Below the pieces are notes generated by a model that worked only from the letters and a program-made list of their open reading frames with translations, had not been told where the DNA came from and did no database searches. Shown here in pieces: positions 63,625 to 64,000 of a DNA stretch of 64,000 nucleotides. The stretch is from Actinomycetes bacterium (GTDB lineage: Bacteria > Actinomycetota > Actinomycetes > JBBQFP01). The stretch is taken from the NCBI GenBank assembly GCA_038322045.1, contig JBBQFP010000008.1, forward strand, positions 9,622 to 73,621, written 5' to 3'. The translations under genes and the position numbers were made by a program. Each line of letters begins with the position of its first letter. Position 1 is the stretch's first letter.

Positions 63625-64000
63625 TCAGCCCGCGTGGTCTCGCCGCACCACGACGACGGTGTCCAACGCGGTGCGTTCGCCCTCGGGCGTCTGCGTCGGT
63701 CTGGTGCGACGTTCGGCGCGAACGACCGTCAGCCCCTCGAGGCCTGACAGGTCGCTGGCGACGTCATTTTCGGTGAACAGGCGGCTGACGTCCTGCGGCC
63801 CGCCCCACCCGTCGGTGAGGTTGTCGGTGTGGTGCGCGACGACGACAAGCGTCCCGTCAGGGGCGAGCGCCCCCGTGGCCGTGCGGTGCACGATCCGACG
63901 GGCCTCGGCGTCGAGGTGCAGGTACGCCAGGACGACGAGGTCGTAGCGCTCCTGGGGGCGGTAGCTCGTCAGGTCGGCCTGCACCCACGTGACGTCGACG
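63625..64000 (-). CDS. Class I SAM-dependent methyltransferase, C-terminal part (5' end beyond window)
   Basis: ...VDVTWVQADLTSYRPQERYDLVVLAYLHLDAEARRIV...GTLVVVAHH. The frame stays open to the window edge. Confidence 0.6.
   Translation of the reverse strand, partial: VDVTWVQADLTSYRPQERYDLVVLAYLHLDAEARRIVHRTATGALAPDGTLVVVAHHTDNLTDGWGGPQDVSRLFTENDVASDLSGLEGLTVVRAERRTRPTQTPEGERTALDTVVVVRRDHAG

Overview
Very GC-rich, actinobacterial-type chromosomal window, densely coded, with many 4-nt ATGA/GTGA start-stop overlaps. All calls rest on reading the ORF translations and the DNA by eye. No database search was run. Gene content in order: (1) 170-5237, a sugar or Amadori-compound ABC uptake operon with a SIS-domain enzyme and a PfkB kinase. 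(2) 5237-5790, a 550-bp non-coding gap holding a decayed tRNA-like 3' fragment. (3) 5790-13601, a complete four-gene type II Wadjet (JetABCD) SMC-like anti-plasmid system. (4) 13.7-15.6 kb, a gene-decay patch: PadR, a frameshifted partner gene, a LuxR gene broken by a 19-bp tandem duplication, and SPFH remnants. (5) 15.9-31.2 kb, a thiol/persulfide/copper stress neighbourhood. It contains thioredoxin, three rhodaneses, an MBL-rhodanese fusion, a sulfide:quinone-oxidoreductase-like gene, a CstR-like repressor, DUF2892, a PIG-L deacetylase, an ECF sigma with a fused ZAS anti-sigma domain, and two tiny paralogous Cys-rich genes. (6) 31-38 kb, assorted housekeeping and transport genes (S51-like, SIMPL, ThrE, MMPL, HAD). 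(7) 38.6-44.3 kb, a cell-envelope cluster: secreted repeat protein, NarL-type two-component system, DUF4397, class F sortase, ECF sigma and RskA-like anti-sigma. (8) 44-60 kb, a truncated MFS gene, a TetR-methyltransferase ORF, a FAD/Fe-S dehydrogenase, an M6 protease, an APH-like kinase, CbiMNQO and an FtsX-type ABC exporter. (9) 60.6-63.6 kb, csoR-copZ-copA. The most interesting signal is not a gene. Six copies of one CsoR-family-type operator palindrome (ATACCCC-N2/3-GGGGTAT) each sit just upstream of a start codon. They link the sulfur genes, two unannotated-looking Cys-rich mini-proteins, a self-inhibited ECF sigma and the copper operon into one candidate regulon served by two paralogous CsoR-family repressors. 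No CRISPR array, rRNA, intact tRNA, or intact integrase/transposase was seen.
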